A program made the position numbers and the translations under genes. The notes beneath the pieces were generated by a model. The model did not search any database. It worked only from the letters and a program-made list of their open reading frames with translations, and had not been told where the DNA came from. From Actinomycetota bacterium (GTDB taxonomy: Bacteria; Actinomycetota; Acidimicrobiia; Actinomarinales; Actinomarinaceae): a DNA stretch of 64,000 nt. Positions 39,840 through 48,720 of this stretch are shown here, piece by piece; within the stretch, counting starts at the first letter, position 1, and every line of letters starts with the position of its first letter. Where the stretch lies: contig JAQCEB010000002.1 of the NCBI GenBank assembly GCA_027729925.1, positions 8,239 to 72,238 of the forward strand, written 5' to 3'.

Positions 39840-41268
39840 ATTTTCTAATAATGTAGATTAATACAGATAAGAGCACAATAAAGAGATTTAAATAATTACC
39901 AAACATTGTATATAAAGTTAAACCAGTCATTCCAGATATTTTTTCTATAGAAGTAATAGTTTCAAACAACCTAGTTTGACCTAAGATTTCTCCGTCGTTC
40001 GAAATAAAAGCAGATTTTCCTGTAATTGCAGCATGAACAATTGGTCTATTATTTGAAATAGCATTTGCACGAGACATTAAAATAAACTGATCAGACATAG
40101 CACTTAAACCATAGCTTGCTTGGTTTGTCAAAACTACAACTATTTCGGCTCCATTCTTAACACCATTTCTAATATATCTCTGAAAAGCACCCTCGAATGA
40201 AATGACTGTTGAGATTTTAGAATTTTCCAGTTGAAAAATTTTTTCTTCAGTGCCTCTTATCATGTCTCTTGGAACAAGGGAAAGTGGGGGGATCCAATCT
40301 AAATATTTTCTAAATGGTATATATTCTCCAAATGGTACGGGGTGTTGTTTTAAGTACTGATCGACAATCAAGCCTTGCTTATTGATAAAAACTCCATAAT
40401 TTTCAAAATTTTTACTACCTATTGGTCTATCTCCACCAATAATAAAAAATGAATTCAGTCTTTCTGCTTCATTTCTAATATTATTCAATACATCAGAATG
40501 CAAAACAGGGTCGTTTTTAAATCCTGTCGAGCTTTCTGGCCAAACTACTAAATCCACTTTCTCATTAATTAATTTAGTTTGCTGTAAGTGGCTTTCATAA
40601 ATCAACTGCCTCTCATTTTCACAATAGTTTTTTGCTCCAGGACAGGGACTATTGCCTTGAACAATAGCAATAGTTGTTTGATTAGTTTTGCTTAAAACTG
40701 GAGTCTGGATATTTGCAAACACTGAAATAATTATTAAAAAAGTAAAAACTATAAGATAACTTTTTATAAAAATTTTTTCTTTATAAAAAACAAATGCTAA
40801 ACAAATAGAACTAATTATTAATGATACGCCTAATGTTCCAAATGCTCTGAATAAAGGTATTAAAAACTTATAATCTACAAAAACTGTCCCAGGTAAACCC
40901 CAAGGAAATCCATTGAAAGGAAAATATAATCTCATTAAATCAAAAGCACTAATAACAGATATTGAATACAAATATTTATTGTTTTTGTTATTTAATGCCT
41001 TCTTAAGAAAATGTCCAAACAAACCATATATTATTCCCATTAATATAAGTAGCGGTATCCAAGCTTCGTAACCAATAGATTGAATCCCGAATAAAATTAC
41101 CCCATACGAGATAAAAGCAAAGATAGCTCCCGTATAAAATGGTTTATTTTTTATAGCTAAGGTCCAAAAAAGAATCGTTAAACTAGGAAAAATTAAATAT
41201 TCATAACTAAATGGAGGAAAACTCAAAAAATATAAAATCCCTGCAATCAATGAATAAAGAAGACTCAT
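39802..41268 (-). CDS. lnt: Apolipoprotein N-acyltransferase
   Basis: N-terminal ~7 TM, a C-terminal CN-hydrolase domain (VVWPESS, ISFEG), and a terminal TM. Confidence 0.8.
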   Translation of the reverse strand: MSLLYSLIAGILYFLSFPPFSYEYLIFPSLTILFWTLAIKNKPFYTGAIFAFISYGVILFGIQSIGYEAWIPLLILMGIIYGLFGHFLKKALNNKNNKYLYSISVISAFDLMRLYFPFNGFPWGLPGTVFVDYKFLIPLFRAFGTLGVSLIISSICLAFVFYKEKIFIKSYLIVFTFLIIISVFANIQTPVLSKTNQTTIAIVQGNSPCPGAKNYCENERQLIYESHLQQTKLINEKVDLVVWPESSTGFKNDPVLHSDVLNNIRNEAERLNSFFIIGGDRPIGSKNFENYGVFINKQGLIVDQYLKQHPVPFGEYIPFRKYLDWIPPLSLVPRDMIRGTEEKIFQLENSKISTVISFEGAFQRYIRNGVKNGAEIVVVLTNQASYGLSAMSDQFILMSRANAISNNRPIVHAAITGKSAFISNDGEILGQTRLFETITSIEKISGMTGLTLYTMFGNYLNLFIVLLSVLIYIIRKFNLRADEKVNFS

Positions 41269-41305
41269 ATGCTCATATAGTAGTTAGTGATACCTTGATT
41301 GAAAA

Positions 41306-42040
41306 TTAAATTATATTTTTCAAAATGACAAATAAACCTGAAAATATTGAAAAATAAGTAACGGTTAATGAAATGATACTATCAGACACCTTTGAGAAAA
41401 GTTTATTTGATAAAGAAAAACCAATAAGTACAAAAGGTATAAAAATAAAAAATAGATATAGATGATCTAAGCTTAATTTTCCAGTAGCAAGCAATAAAAC
41501 AAGGGTTATTATGATACCAAATGAAAAGACACTATTAAGTGATGGTCGGAATTCTTCTGACTTAGTATTTCTATATAGTAGCGCAACCGGAGGTCCTCCG
41601 ACCGCAGCAGTCATTCCAAAAATACCAGAAAATGTACCCGCCAAAAAAGAATTTGTTTTATTTCTCTTTATTACCCATCCAAAGTAAGAAGCTACACCAC
41701 CCATTAACACAATAAACCCAACAGATAAAGATAAATATTTTGTACTCAAGTTTAGTAACAACAAGGTTCCAATTGGTCCTCCAACTAACCTTCCTAAAAT
41801 TAAAGGTCGTACAAGCTTAAGATTGACTTTTTCTTTTTCTCTATAAAAAACTCTAATAGCTAGTGGTAAAGCAAGTAAAGAAAGTAGCTGCGGAACTAAT
41901 TCTGGATTTATTTGAACAACTATTGGTGATGAAATAACAGCAAAACCAAAACCTAAAACTCCTTGTATTGCTGAACTTAAAAAAAATAATAAACCAAGAA
42001 ATAAAATTTGAGAAAAACCTAAATCAAAAGGAAAACTCAA
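41306..42040 (-). CDS. TauE/SafE (TSUP) family anion permease
   Basis: 244 aa, 7-8 TM. N-terminal GxGFxxISSP motif (GVLGFGFAVISSPI). The TTG start overlaps the stop of the upstream SelW-like gene (TTGA). Confidence 0.75.
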   Translation of the reverse strand: MSFPFDLGFSQILFLGLLFFLSSAIQGVLGFGFAVISSPIVVQINPELVPQLLSLLALPLAIRVFYREKEKVNLKLVRPLILGRLVGGPIGTLLLLNLSTKYLSLSVGFIVLMGGVASYFGWVIKRNKTNSFLAGTFSGIFGMTAAVGGPPVALLYRNTKSEEFRPSLNSVFSFGIIITLVLLLATGKLSLDHLYLFFIFIPFVLIGFSLSNKLFSKVSDSIISLTVTYFSIFSGLFVILKNII

Positions 42041-42273
42041 CTAATAGCTTCTTCTATCAACCTGAGTATCTCACCATCTTCTGCGTGTCTTCCAAGTGAT
42101 TTTTTTGAAAAAATGAGATTTCCATTGAGATAAAGTTCAAACACACCACCACCACTAGGTATTAGAGTTATTGGACTTGCTTCCTTTCCGTACTTTTCTA
42201 AAATATCTTCGAGCGTACTAACTGCACGCGGTGTGTAGTTTCAAACTACACAAAATTCAAGTTTGATTTCCAT
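42037..42273 (-). CDS. SelW/SelT/SelH (Rdx) family selenoprotein, CxxU redox motif; absent from the ORF track
   Basis: ATG 42273. Conceptual product MEIKLEFCVV-U-NYTPRAVSTLEDILEKYGKEASPITLIPSGGGVFELYLNGNLIFSKKSLGRHAEDGEILRLIEEAIS, with TGA at 42241..42243. Matches the Rdx pattern IEYCxxC/U..RA..L...P...G.FEV..NG.LIFSK...GR.P...EI. Confidence 0.85.
42213..42252 (-). promoter_or_regulatory. Candidate SECIS region: UGA-centred hairpin plus downstream stem-loop
   Basis: UGUGUAGUU-UGA-AACUACACA is a perfect 9-bp stem with the Sec codon as its loop (42232..42252). It is followed by GCGUG-CAGUUAG-UACGC (42213..42229), whose apical loop with GU lies 19-25 nt after the UGA. Confidence 0.55.
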
Positions 42274-42309
42274 AATTAGATAGTATCATAAAAAAACTGG
42301 AGGAGATGA

Positions 42310-44205
42310 ATGTTCGATTATTCAAATTTAACTAAAACTGAACTTGAAAATAATTTAAATATAACACTAAATGCTTGCGAACAAATAATTAATGACATCA
42401 AGAAGGATTCAGAACCAAAGCTAGAAAAATTTGATCTCTTAGAGAGAGAGGTAAATTATTTATTTGGAAGAGTTCCTTTTATGGCTAATGTCCATCCAAA
42501 TCAAGAAATAAGAGAATTTGGCCATCAAGCAGAGTCGAAAGTCAGAAATTTTATTTTAGACTCAATGAAAGATGTTGATTTATATGAAAAGTTTAATGAA
42601 ATAAAATCAGATAATTTTGATTTTGAGGAAAAAGAATTTTATAAAGATTTACAAAATGATTTTATTGATGTTGGACACAATTTAAGTGAAAATGATAAAT
42701 CATTATTGTCAGAAATAGACAAAAAACTTATAGAACTTGAAATAAAGTTTTCTGAAAATATTGCAAAAGATAAAACAAAATTAAAATTCAAAAAGCACCA
42801 GCTAGATGGATTAAGTGAAGGTGAGTTAAGCAACTTAACATTAGAAGATAATCAATATATTGTGACAATGGCTTATCCAGATGTAAATGCAGTTATTGAG
42901 AACTGTAAAATTCGAGACACTAGAGAAACTGTTTGGAAAGCATTCAATAATAGAGCTTCTAATGAAAACTCCCCCATTTTAAAAGAAGCAATTATGTTAA
43001 GAAACAATAAGGCAAAACTTTTTGGTTTCTCAACTTGGGCTCAGTATCGATTACAGCATCGAATGGCTAAAAATCCTGAGAACGTTCAAAAAATGTACAA
43101 TAATTTAATTCCAAAGTTACAAAAATCAGCAGAGAGAGAGAAAGAAGAAATTGTTTCAGATAATATTAAAGTTTCTGAGATAGCACCGTGGGATATAAGA
43201 TACTTTATATCTAAAAAAAGAAGTTCATTAAGCAAAATCGATAGCAGTGAACTCAAAAAATTCTTTTATATACATGATGTTAAAAAAGAAATGTTTTCAA
43301 TCTGTGAAGAAGTATTCGATATTGAAATAAAACAAGAAGATGCTTCAACTGCTTGGCATAAAGATGTAGAACTTTGGTCTATAAATGAAGACGGTGAAAA
43401 GATAGCTTTTTTCTATCTTGATCTTTATCCAAGAGAAGGGAAGTACACCCATGCTGCTGTTTTTGATTTAGCGTCTGGTGGTTTAGAGTCTCAACATTTG
43501 CCTATGTCTTCAATGGTAGCTAATTTTCCAAATCCTAATACTGGAGATGGATTGATGACATTTGATGAGGTAGAAACTTTATTTCACGAGTTTGGACATA
43601 TTTTGCATAATGGTATTGGAAAGTCCAAAATTTCGAGATATGTCGGTGCAAGCGTTGAATGGGATTTTGTTGAAGCACCTAGTCAAATCATGGAGCACTG
43701 GGTATGGAAAATTGAGTGTCTTTCACGATTTGCAAAAAATGTTGAAACAGGAGAAATGCTTTCAGAGGAAATTTGTACAAAATTAAAAAACTCAAAAAAT
43801 ATCGGAGTTAGTTTATTAACACTAAGACAAGTATCTTTTGGATTAGCTGATCAACATCTTCATGGAAGCGACTATACGGATTCACTAGAAGAGGTTGAAA
43901 GCCAATCTCAAAAGGTGACAACCATTGAGTATCCGGGTGATGTTATGCATTTAAGTTCCTTCGGACACCTACTTGGTGGTTACGATGCAGCATATTATGG
44001 ATACTTATGGGCTGATATCATAGGCGACGACTTATTTAGCAGATTTGAAAATGAAGGTATTTTATCTAATAGTGTTGGTAAGGATTACAAAAATAAAATT
44101 CTTAAACCTGGTGGAACAAAACCTGCAGAAGAACTGGTGAAAGATTTTCTCGGTAGAGATTGGAATGACGAAGCTTTTTTAATTCAAAAAAACTTGTTAT
44201 TTTAA
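42310..44205 (+). CDS. M3-family zinc oligopeptidase (thimet/oligopeptidase A/Dcp-like)
   Basis: 631 aa. HEFGH zinc motif with a downstream E (VEAPSQ). Confidence 0.9.
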   Translation: MFDYSNLTKTELENNLNITLNACEQIINDIKKDSEPKLEKFDLLEREVNYLFGRVPFMANVHPNQEIREFGHQAESKVRNFILDSMKDVDLYEKFNEIKSDNFDFEEKEFYKDLQNDFIDVGHNLSENDKSLLSEIDKKLIELEIKFSENIAKDKTKLKFKKHQLDGLSEGELSNLTLEDNQYIVTMAYPDVNAVIENCKIRDTRETVWKAFNNRASNENSPILKEAIMLRNNKAKLFGFSTWAQYRLQHRMAKNPENVQKMYNNLIPKLQKSAEREKEEIVSDNIKVSEIAPWDIRYFISKKRSSLSKIDSSELKKFFYIHDVKKEMFSICEEVFDIEIKQEDASTAWHKDVELWSINEDGEKIAFFYLDLYPREGKYTHAAVFDLASGGLESQHLPMSSMVANFPNPNTGDGLMTFDEVETLFHEFGHILHNGIGKSKISRYVGASVEWDFVEAPSQIMEHWVWKIECLSRFAKNVETGEMLSEEICTKLKNSKNIGVSLLTLRQVSFGLADQHLHGSDYTDSLEEVESQSQKVTTIEYPGDVMHLSSFGHLLGGYDAAYYGYLWADIIGDDLFSRFENEGILSNSVGKDYKNKILKPGGTKPAEELVKDFLGRDWNDEAFLIQKNLLF

Positions 44206-44234
44206 TTTTGACCTCTATAATTGAAATGTTAAGC

Positions 44235-44252
44235 TTGTGAATATATTCACAA
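44235..44252. promoter_or_regulatory. CRP/FNR-type palindrome TGTGA-N6-TCACA
   Basis: An 18-nt perfect palindrome, TTGTGAATATATTCACAA, is centred ~32 nt upstream of the ATG at 44276. Confidence 0.4.
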
Positions 44253-44275
44253 AGTATTAAAAAGGAAAAAAATAA

Positions 44276-44470
44276 ATGACAGACGGACTAAAAGCAAGTC
44301 AAATTAAAGGCGGTATAAGGCCATCTAAAAGTTTTGACCAAGGCAGAGTTTGCAAAGATGATTCATGCAAAACTCAATTAAGCATATATAACAAGAGAGA
44401 TTATTGTTTCAACCATGCTCCAGTAAAATATCCTAGAGTAAGAGGCAGAATCCTTCAAGAAACTGCTTAA
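44276..44470 (+). CDS. Small basic C-x4-C-x12-C-x2-H (putative zinc-ribbon) protein, paralog 2
   Basis: 64 aa with AAGGA upstream. Collinear with the 20630..20830 product. Followed by its own terminator. Confidence 0.6.
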   Translation: MTDGLKASQIKGGIRPSKSFDQGRVCKDDSCKTQLSIYNKRDYCFNHAPVKYPRVRGRILQETA

Positions 44471-44500
44471 GTATTAAAATCTCCCCCAGAGATTTCAAAA

Positions 44501-44527
44501 AGCCCCTATTTAATTAGGGGCTTTTTT
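44501..44527 (+). terminator. Rho-independent terminator
   Basis: AGCCCCTA-tttaat-TAGGGGCT stem followed by T6. Confidence 0.85.
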
Positions 44528-44555
44528 ATAAACTTAGCAATGTTAAAGTGGCGAT

Positions 44556-44765
44556 ATGGAGCTTAAATTTAAAGTACCTGAAATTTCTTGTGGTCATTGT
44601 AAACAGACTATTGAGTCTACTATTGGCTCACTAGATTATGTACAAAAAGTCGATGTTGACATTGAAAATAAATTAGTTTCTGTTGATTCTAACCAGGTAG
44701 TTGATCTTTCTGATTTTGAAAAATTATTAGATGATCATGGATACACCATTGAACCAACAGAATAA
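44556..44765 (+). CDS. copZ: Copper chaperone CopZ (HMA domain)
   Basis: 69 aa ferredoxin-like HMA fold with the metal motif SCGHC. Confidence 0.8.
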   Translation: MELKFKVPEISCGHCKQTIESTIGSLDYVQKVDVDIENKLVSVDSNQVVDLSDFEKLLDDHGYTIEPTE

Positions 44766-46794
44766 TACATTAATACTTGATATTGATGGAATGACCTGTG
44801 CTGCTTGTGCAGCACGTATTGAACGCGTTTTACAAAAAACAGACAAAATAGAAAATGTCACAGTTAGTTTTCCCCTAAAAACTGCTCAAATTAATTTAAA
44901 AAATAATGAAGATTTAGAATTTGAAGAAATAATAAAGAAAATTAATTCTATTGGTTACAAAGCAAAAATTTCCTCTAATTTAGATAAAGAAAGCACAACA
45001 AAGTTTTTAGTATTTAAACCTGTAATGTCTTTACTTCTTACTTTTATAATGAGGTATTTAATAGGCACAAATGCTGAGGTTTTGGCATACTTTATTGGTT
45101 TTTCAATTGTTTTGTATTTAGGAAAAGACTTTCATATTTCAGCATTTAAAAAAATAAGATATTTTGATTTTAATATGGATACCCTGGTCTCGATAGGTAG
45201 CTTAAGTGCACTAATAATCTCCTTATTTCCAAATAACATAATGTTTCTTGATACAGGAGCTTTTATAATTTCATTTATTTTAATTGGTAAATCTGTAGAA
45301 GAAAAAGTAATTGAAGATGCTGTTCAATCTTCAAAAAATCTTAAAAATAAGTTACCTGCTTCGATAATTGTTTTACGAAATAAGGAATCACTTGAAGTTC
45401 CTACTTCAGAAACAAAAGAAGGTGATATCTTCGAAGTTTTAGCTGGAGAAATTATTCCTTTAGACGGGATACTGGTTGAAGGAACTGCATCAGTAGATGA
45501 AAGTTTAATTACCGGCGAATCAATTCCTGTAACACGTTCCGTTGGAGAGAAGTTGTTAGGTGGAAGTATAAACTTGAACAGTGTTATAAAAATAAAAGTA
45601 GACAACCCATATAGTGAGTCAGCTTATAACATAATCGAGCAACTAATTAATGAAGCTCAGTTGACAAAACCAAAAATTCAAAAAACTTTGGATAAAATAA
45701 CACAATTTTTTGTACCTTTTGTATTAATACTTAGCTTATTAACTTTATTATTTAGATTTATAATTTCTGACTTTGGAATAATTGAATCAATAGAAAACGC
45801 TATTTCAGTTTTAGTTATTGCTTGCCCCTGTGCTCTAGGTTTAGCAACTCCTATTGTTTTATATAGAACAGCAGCTGAAAGTAAGAAAAAAGGATTTATT
45901 TTTAAAGACTTTGATGCACTTCAAAAGTTAACAAAAATTGAGACCATTATTTTTGATAAAACAGGAACTCTCTCATCAGGAATTTTTTTAATTGAAAATA
46001 TTCTTCCAAAAAATTCAGAATTAAGTTCTGATGAAGTTTTGCAATATGTAGCTAGCCTTGAAAAAAACTCTCAACATCCAATAGCTAGGAGTCTTGTTTA
46101 TGCTGCTGAATTAAAAAATTTAAGTTTTTTTGAAACTAAAAATGTTATTGAACACCCTGGAGTTGGAATTGAAGGAATGGTTGGTAATAATAAAGTTTCT
46201 GTTTCAAAAAACATCAACTCCGAGAGAAACGCTTTAAAGGTGACAATCGATGATTATAATTTTGATATTTTTCTAAAAGAAGAGACCTCTATTTCAACGC
46301 AGTTTATAAATGAAATAATTAATTTAAAGAAAGTAATAATTCTTTCTGGTGACAAAAAAATTAATGTGGAAAGCTTTGCTAAAGAGTTAAATATAGATGA
46401 ATTTTATTATGAAAAATCCCCATCAGAAAAATTTGAGTTTATAAAAAACAAACAAATTTCATCCCCAGTAGTTTTTATTGGTGATGGAATTAATGACTCT
46501 CCTTCACTAAAACAAGCAGATATAGGAGTTTCAACTACAACTAGTTCTCAGATTGCACAAGTTTCTGGAGATATATTAATTCATAACGGCGGATTAGATA
46601 CTTTATCATCAGTATTTAAAATTTCTAATTCCTCTAATAAAAAAATAAATCAAAACTTGTTTTTAGCTTTCATTTACAATATTTCAATGATTCCAATAGC
46701 AGTGGCTGGATTAATTTCTCCAAGTCTGGCTGCACTTGCTATGGCTCTTTCCAGTATCTCGGTTGTTTTAAACTCTTCAAGAAAACTTCAATAA
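44731..46794 (+). CDS. copA: Copper-translocating P1B-type ATPase
   Basis: N-terminal HMA GMTCAAC, TGES, CPC (ACPCALGLATP), DKTGTLS, NSQHPIA, GDGINDSP. Confidence 0.9.
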   Translation: MIMDTPLNQQNNTLILDIDGMTCAACAARIERVLQKTDKIENVTVSFPLKTAQINLKNNEDLEFEEIIKKINSIGYKAKISSNLDKESTTKFLVFKPVMSLLLTFIMRYLIGTNAEVLAYFIGFSIVLYLGKDFHISAFKKIRYFDFNMDTLVSIGSLSALIISLFPNNIMFLDTGAFIISFILIGKSVEEKVIEDAVQSSKNLKNKLPASIIVLRNKESLEVPTSETKEGDIFEVLAGEIIPLDGILVEGTASVDESLITGESIPVTRSVGEKLLGGSINLNSVIKIKVDNPYSESAYNIIEQLINEAQLTKPKIQKTLDKITQFFVPFVLILSLLTLLFRFIISDFGIIESIENAISVLVIACPCALGLATPIVLYRTAAESKKKGFIFKDFDALQKLTKIETIIFDKTGTLSSGIFLIENILPKNSELSSDEVLQYVASLEKNSQHPIARSLVYAAELKNLSFFETKNVIEHPGVGIEGMVGNNKVSVSKNINSERNALKVTIDDYNFDIFLKEETSISTQFINEIINLKKVIILSGDKKINVESFAKELNIDEFYYEKSPSEKFEFIKNKQISSPVVFIGDGINDSPSLKQADIGVSTTTSSQIAQVSGDILIHNGGLDTLSSVFKISNSSNKKINQNLFLAFIYNISMIPIAVAGLISPSLAALAMALSSISVVLNSSRKLQ

Positions 46795-46834
46795 TTTATA
46801 TCTAATAAATTTATTAAAATATTACTCTTTCAAT

Positions 46835-47683
46835 ATGGAAGATGTAGTTTGGTATAGAAAACCCCTCCTCTCTGAGCCTGTTGCAATTCTTGCATTTGAA
46901 GGATGGAGTGATGCTGGTAACACTGCAACTGGTTGTGTAGAAAATATTAGTTGCACATATGATGTTGAACCTTTTGCTGAGTTAGATTCAGATTCTTTCT
47001 ACAACTATCAAATGAGAAGACCCATTGTTGAAGTAAAAGATTTTGGTGAAAGAGAGTTTCATTGGCCACAAACTTCCTTCTATTCAATAGAAGATTACAA
47101 ATTGAAGAAAGATTTAATTTTAGTTTTTGGAGAAGAACCTTCCATGCGCTGGAAAGAATATGCAAAAAACATTAAAGACGTTCTAGTTGAGCTCGGAGTA
47201 AAAAGAGCTATAACTTTAGGGGCTTTCTTTGGGCAGGTAGCTCATACATTGCCTGTACCTATTTTTGGAGTTAGCACTGATCCAACATTTCACTCAAGAT
47301 TTAATATACTCAATCCAAATTATTCTGGACCAACTGGTATAACTAGTGTTGTTGGACAAACTTTAAGTGAAAACGAAATTGAAACAACTGGGCTTTGGGC
47401 TGCAGTTCCACATTATTTAAGTAGTGGAGGTTATCCAAAAGGTATGAGTGCATTGATTAATAAAACCTCTGAAATACTTAAAATTGATTTAGATGATTCA
47501 GGAATTCAAACTGAAGGACAGCAGTTCGAATTAAAAATCAATAAAGCTATGGAAAATTCTCAAGATTTAGCTGAATATGTATCTAGGTTAGAAGAATCAG
47601 AAGTCAATCTTGAAAATAACTTTTCAGAGGATAATTTAGTTCAACAAATTGAAGATTTCTTAAGTGAAGAAAGAGATAATTAA
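46835..47683 (+). CDS. PAC2-family (proteasome assembly chaperone-like) protein
   Basis: N-terminal FEGWSDAGN motif, characteristic of actinobacterial PAC2 proteins. Acidic C-terminal tail. Confidence 0.7.
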   Translation: MEDVVWYRKPLLSEPVAILAFEGWSDAGNTATGCVENISCTYDVEPFAELDSDSFYNYQMRRPIVEVKDFGEREFHWPQTSFYSIEDYKLKKDLILVFGEEPSMRWKEYAKNIKDVLVELGVKRAITLGAFFGQVAHTLPVPIFGVSTDPTFHSRFNILNPNYSGPTGITSVVGQTLSENEIETTGLWAAVPHYLSSGGYPKGMSALINKTSEILKIDLDDSGIQTEGQQFELKINKAMENSQDLAEYVSRLEESEVNLENNFSEDNLVQQIEDFLSEERDN

Positions 47684-47779
47684 TTAAACGTTCTTCTTCT
47701 TATGTCTATTTGATTTACGACGCTTGCGGTATTTATGTTTAGACATTTTTTTGCGTCTTTTTTTAATCAAAGATCCCAT
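47684..47779 (-). CDS. Actinobacterial small ribosomal protein bS22; absent from the ORF track
   Basis: 31 aa, MGSLIKKRRKKMSKHKYRKRRKSNRHKKKNV. Closely resembles mycobacterial bS22 (MGSVIKKRRKRM.KKKHRK...). Confidence 0.8.
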   Translation of the reverse strand: MGSLIKKRRKKMSKHKYRKRRKSNRHKKKNV

Positions 47780-47852
47780 ATTTAAAGTTTTTTCTTCCTT
47801 TTTTCCTAACTGCGAAATTCTAACTGATTTTTACTCTTAAATGAAAATTCTT

Positions 47853-48710
47853 TTATAAAATTATTTTTTCAAACAATTTTAAAGCTTGAATTAGAGCTTC
47901 TTCACCCTTATCGCTTTTTGGTGACTTACGCTTAGCCCACAAACCCCAGGTTATCATCGACAAAATTTCAAAATAATTAAACTTCTCTTTTTGATCTTGA
48001 TTAACTAGCCCTAGTTCGATTAAAGCTGCTTTTTTAAGCTCAATGTTTTTCTCTAATTCGTTTTGCCAAAACAAATCAGCAAAATCAAAATACGGATCTC
48101 CTTGAGATGAATACTCCCAATCAATTAAATAAGTATTATCTTCAAAAATTACAAAATTACCACAGTAAAGGTCCTGGTGACACGGTCTTTGTTCTAAACC
48201 TAAATTATTTAATATATTAACTATTTTCCTACCAACAAATAATGCATCTTTTTCTATCCTATTTGAGATATCAGCTAAATTTTCAAATACTTTATAGGGT
48301 GAAAAATTATCTAAAAATGTAATTTCTGAACTATGTAGTTTTCTTAAAACTTCAATTGCATTTTTTCTTAATTCGTTATTTTCAAAATCTTTTTCAGTGT
48401 ATGTATAAATATCATAATATTTTGAAATCTTAATCCCATTTTCAACATCAAATAGTATATGAGGTAGAGTCAGTCCGCATTGTTCAGCTAAAATTGTGTT
48501 TTGTTTTTCCGCATTTCTATCTATCTCATCTGGATTGTTTCCAGGAATTCTCAAAACAAATTCTTTACTATCGATTTTTACAATGTAACTTGTATTTGTT
48601 ATTCCATCTAATGGAAGAATTACATAATCGTTAACATTTTTATTAGAAGAAATATTGTATTTTAAAAATATTGCAACAATTTGTTCTCTTGTTTGAATGT
48701 TCATTATCAT
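47853..48710 (-). CDS. Choline/ethanolamine-kinase / aminoglycoside-phosphotransferase-fold kinase
   Basis: Brenner motif HQDLYCGN and the LIDWEYS metal-binding motif. I prefer ATG 48710 over the track start 48884. Confidence 0.7.
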   Translation of the reverse strand: MIMNIQTREQIVAIFLKYNISSNKNVNDYVILPLDGITNTSYIVKIDSKEFVLRIPGNNPDEIDRNAEKQNTILAEQCGLTLPHILFDVENGIKISKYYDIYTYTEKDFENNELRKNAIEVLRKLHSSEITFLDNFSPYKVFENLADISNRIEKDALFVGRKIVNILNNLGLEQRPCHQDLYCGNFVIFEDNTYLIDWEYSSQGDPYFDFADLFWQNELEKNIELKKAALIELGLVNQDQKEKFNYFEILSMITWGLWAKRKSPKSDKGEEALIQALKLFEKIIL

Positions 48711-48720
48711 AATATAAGTT

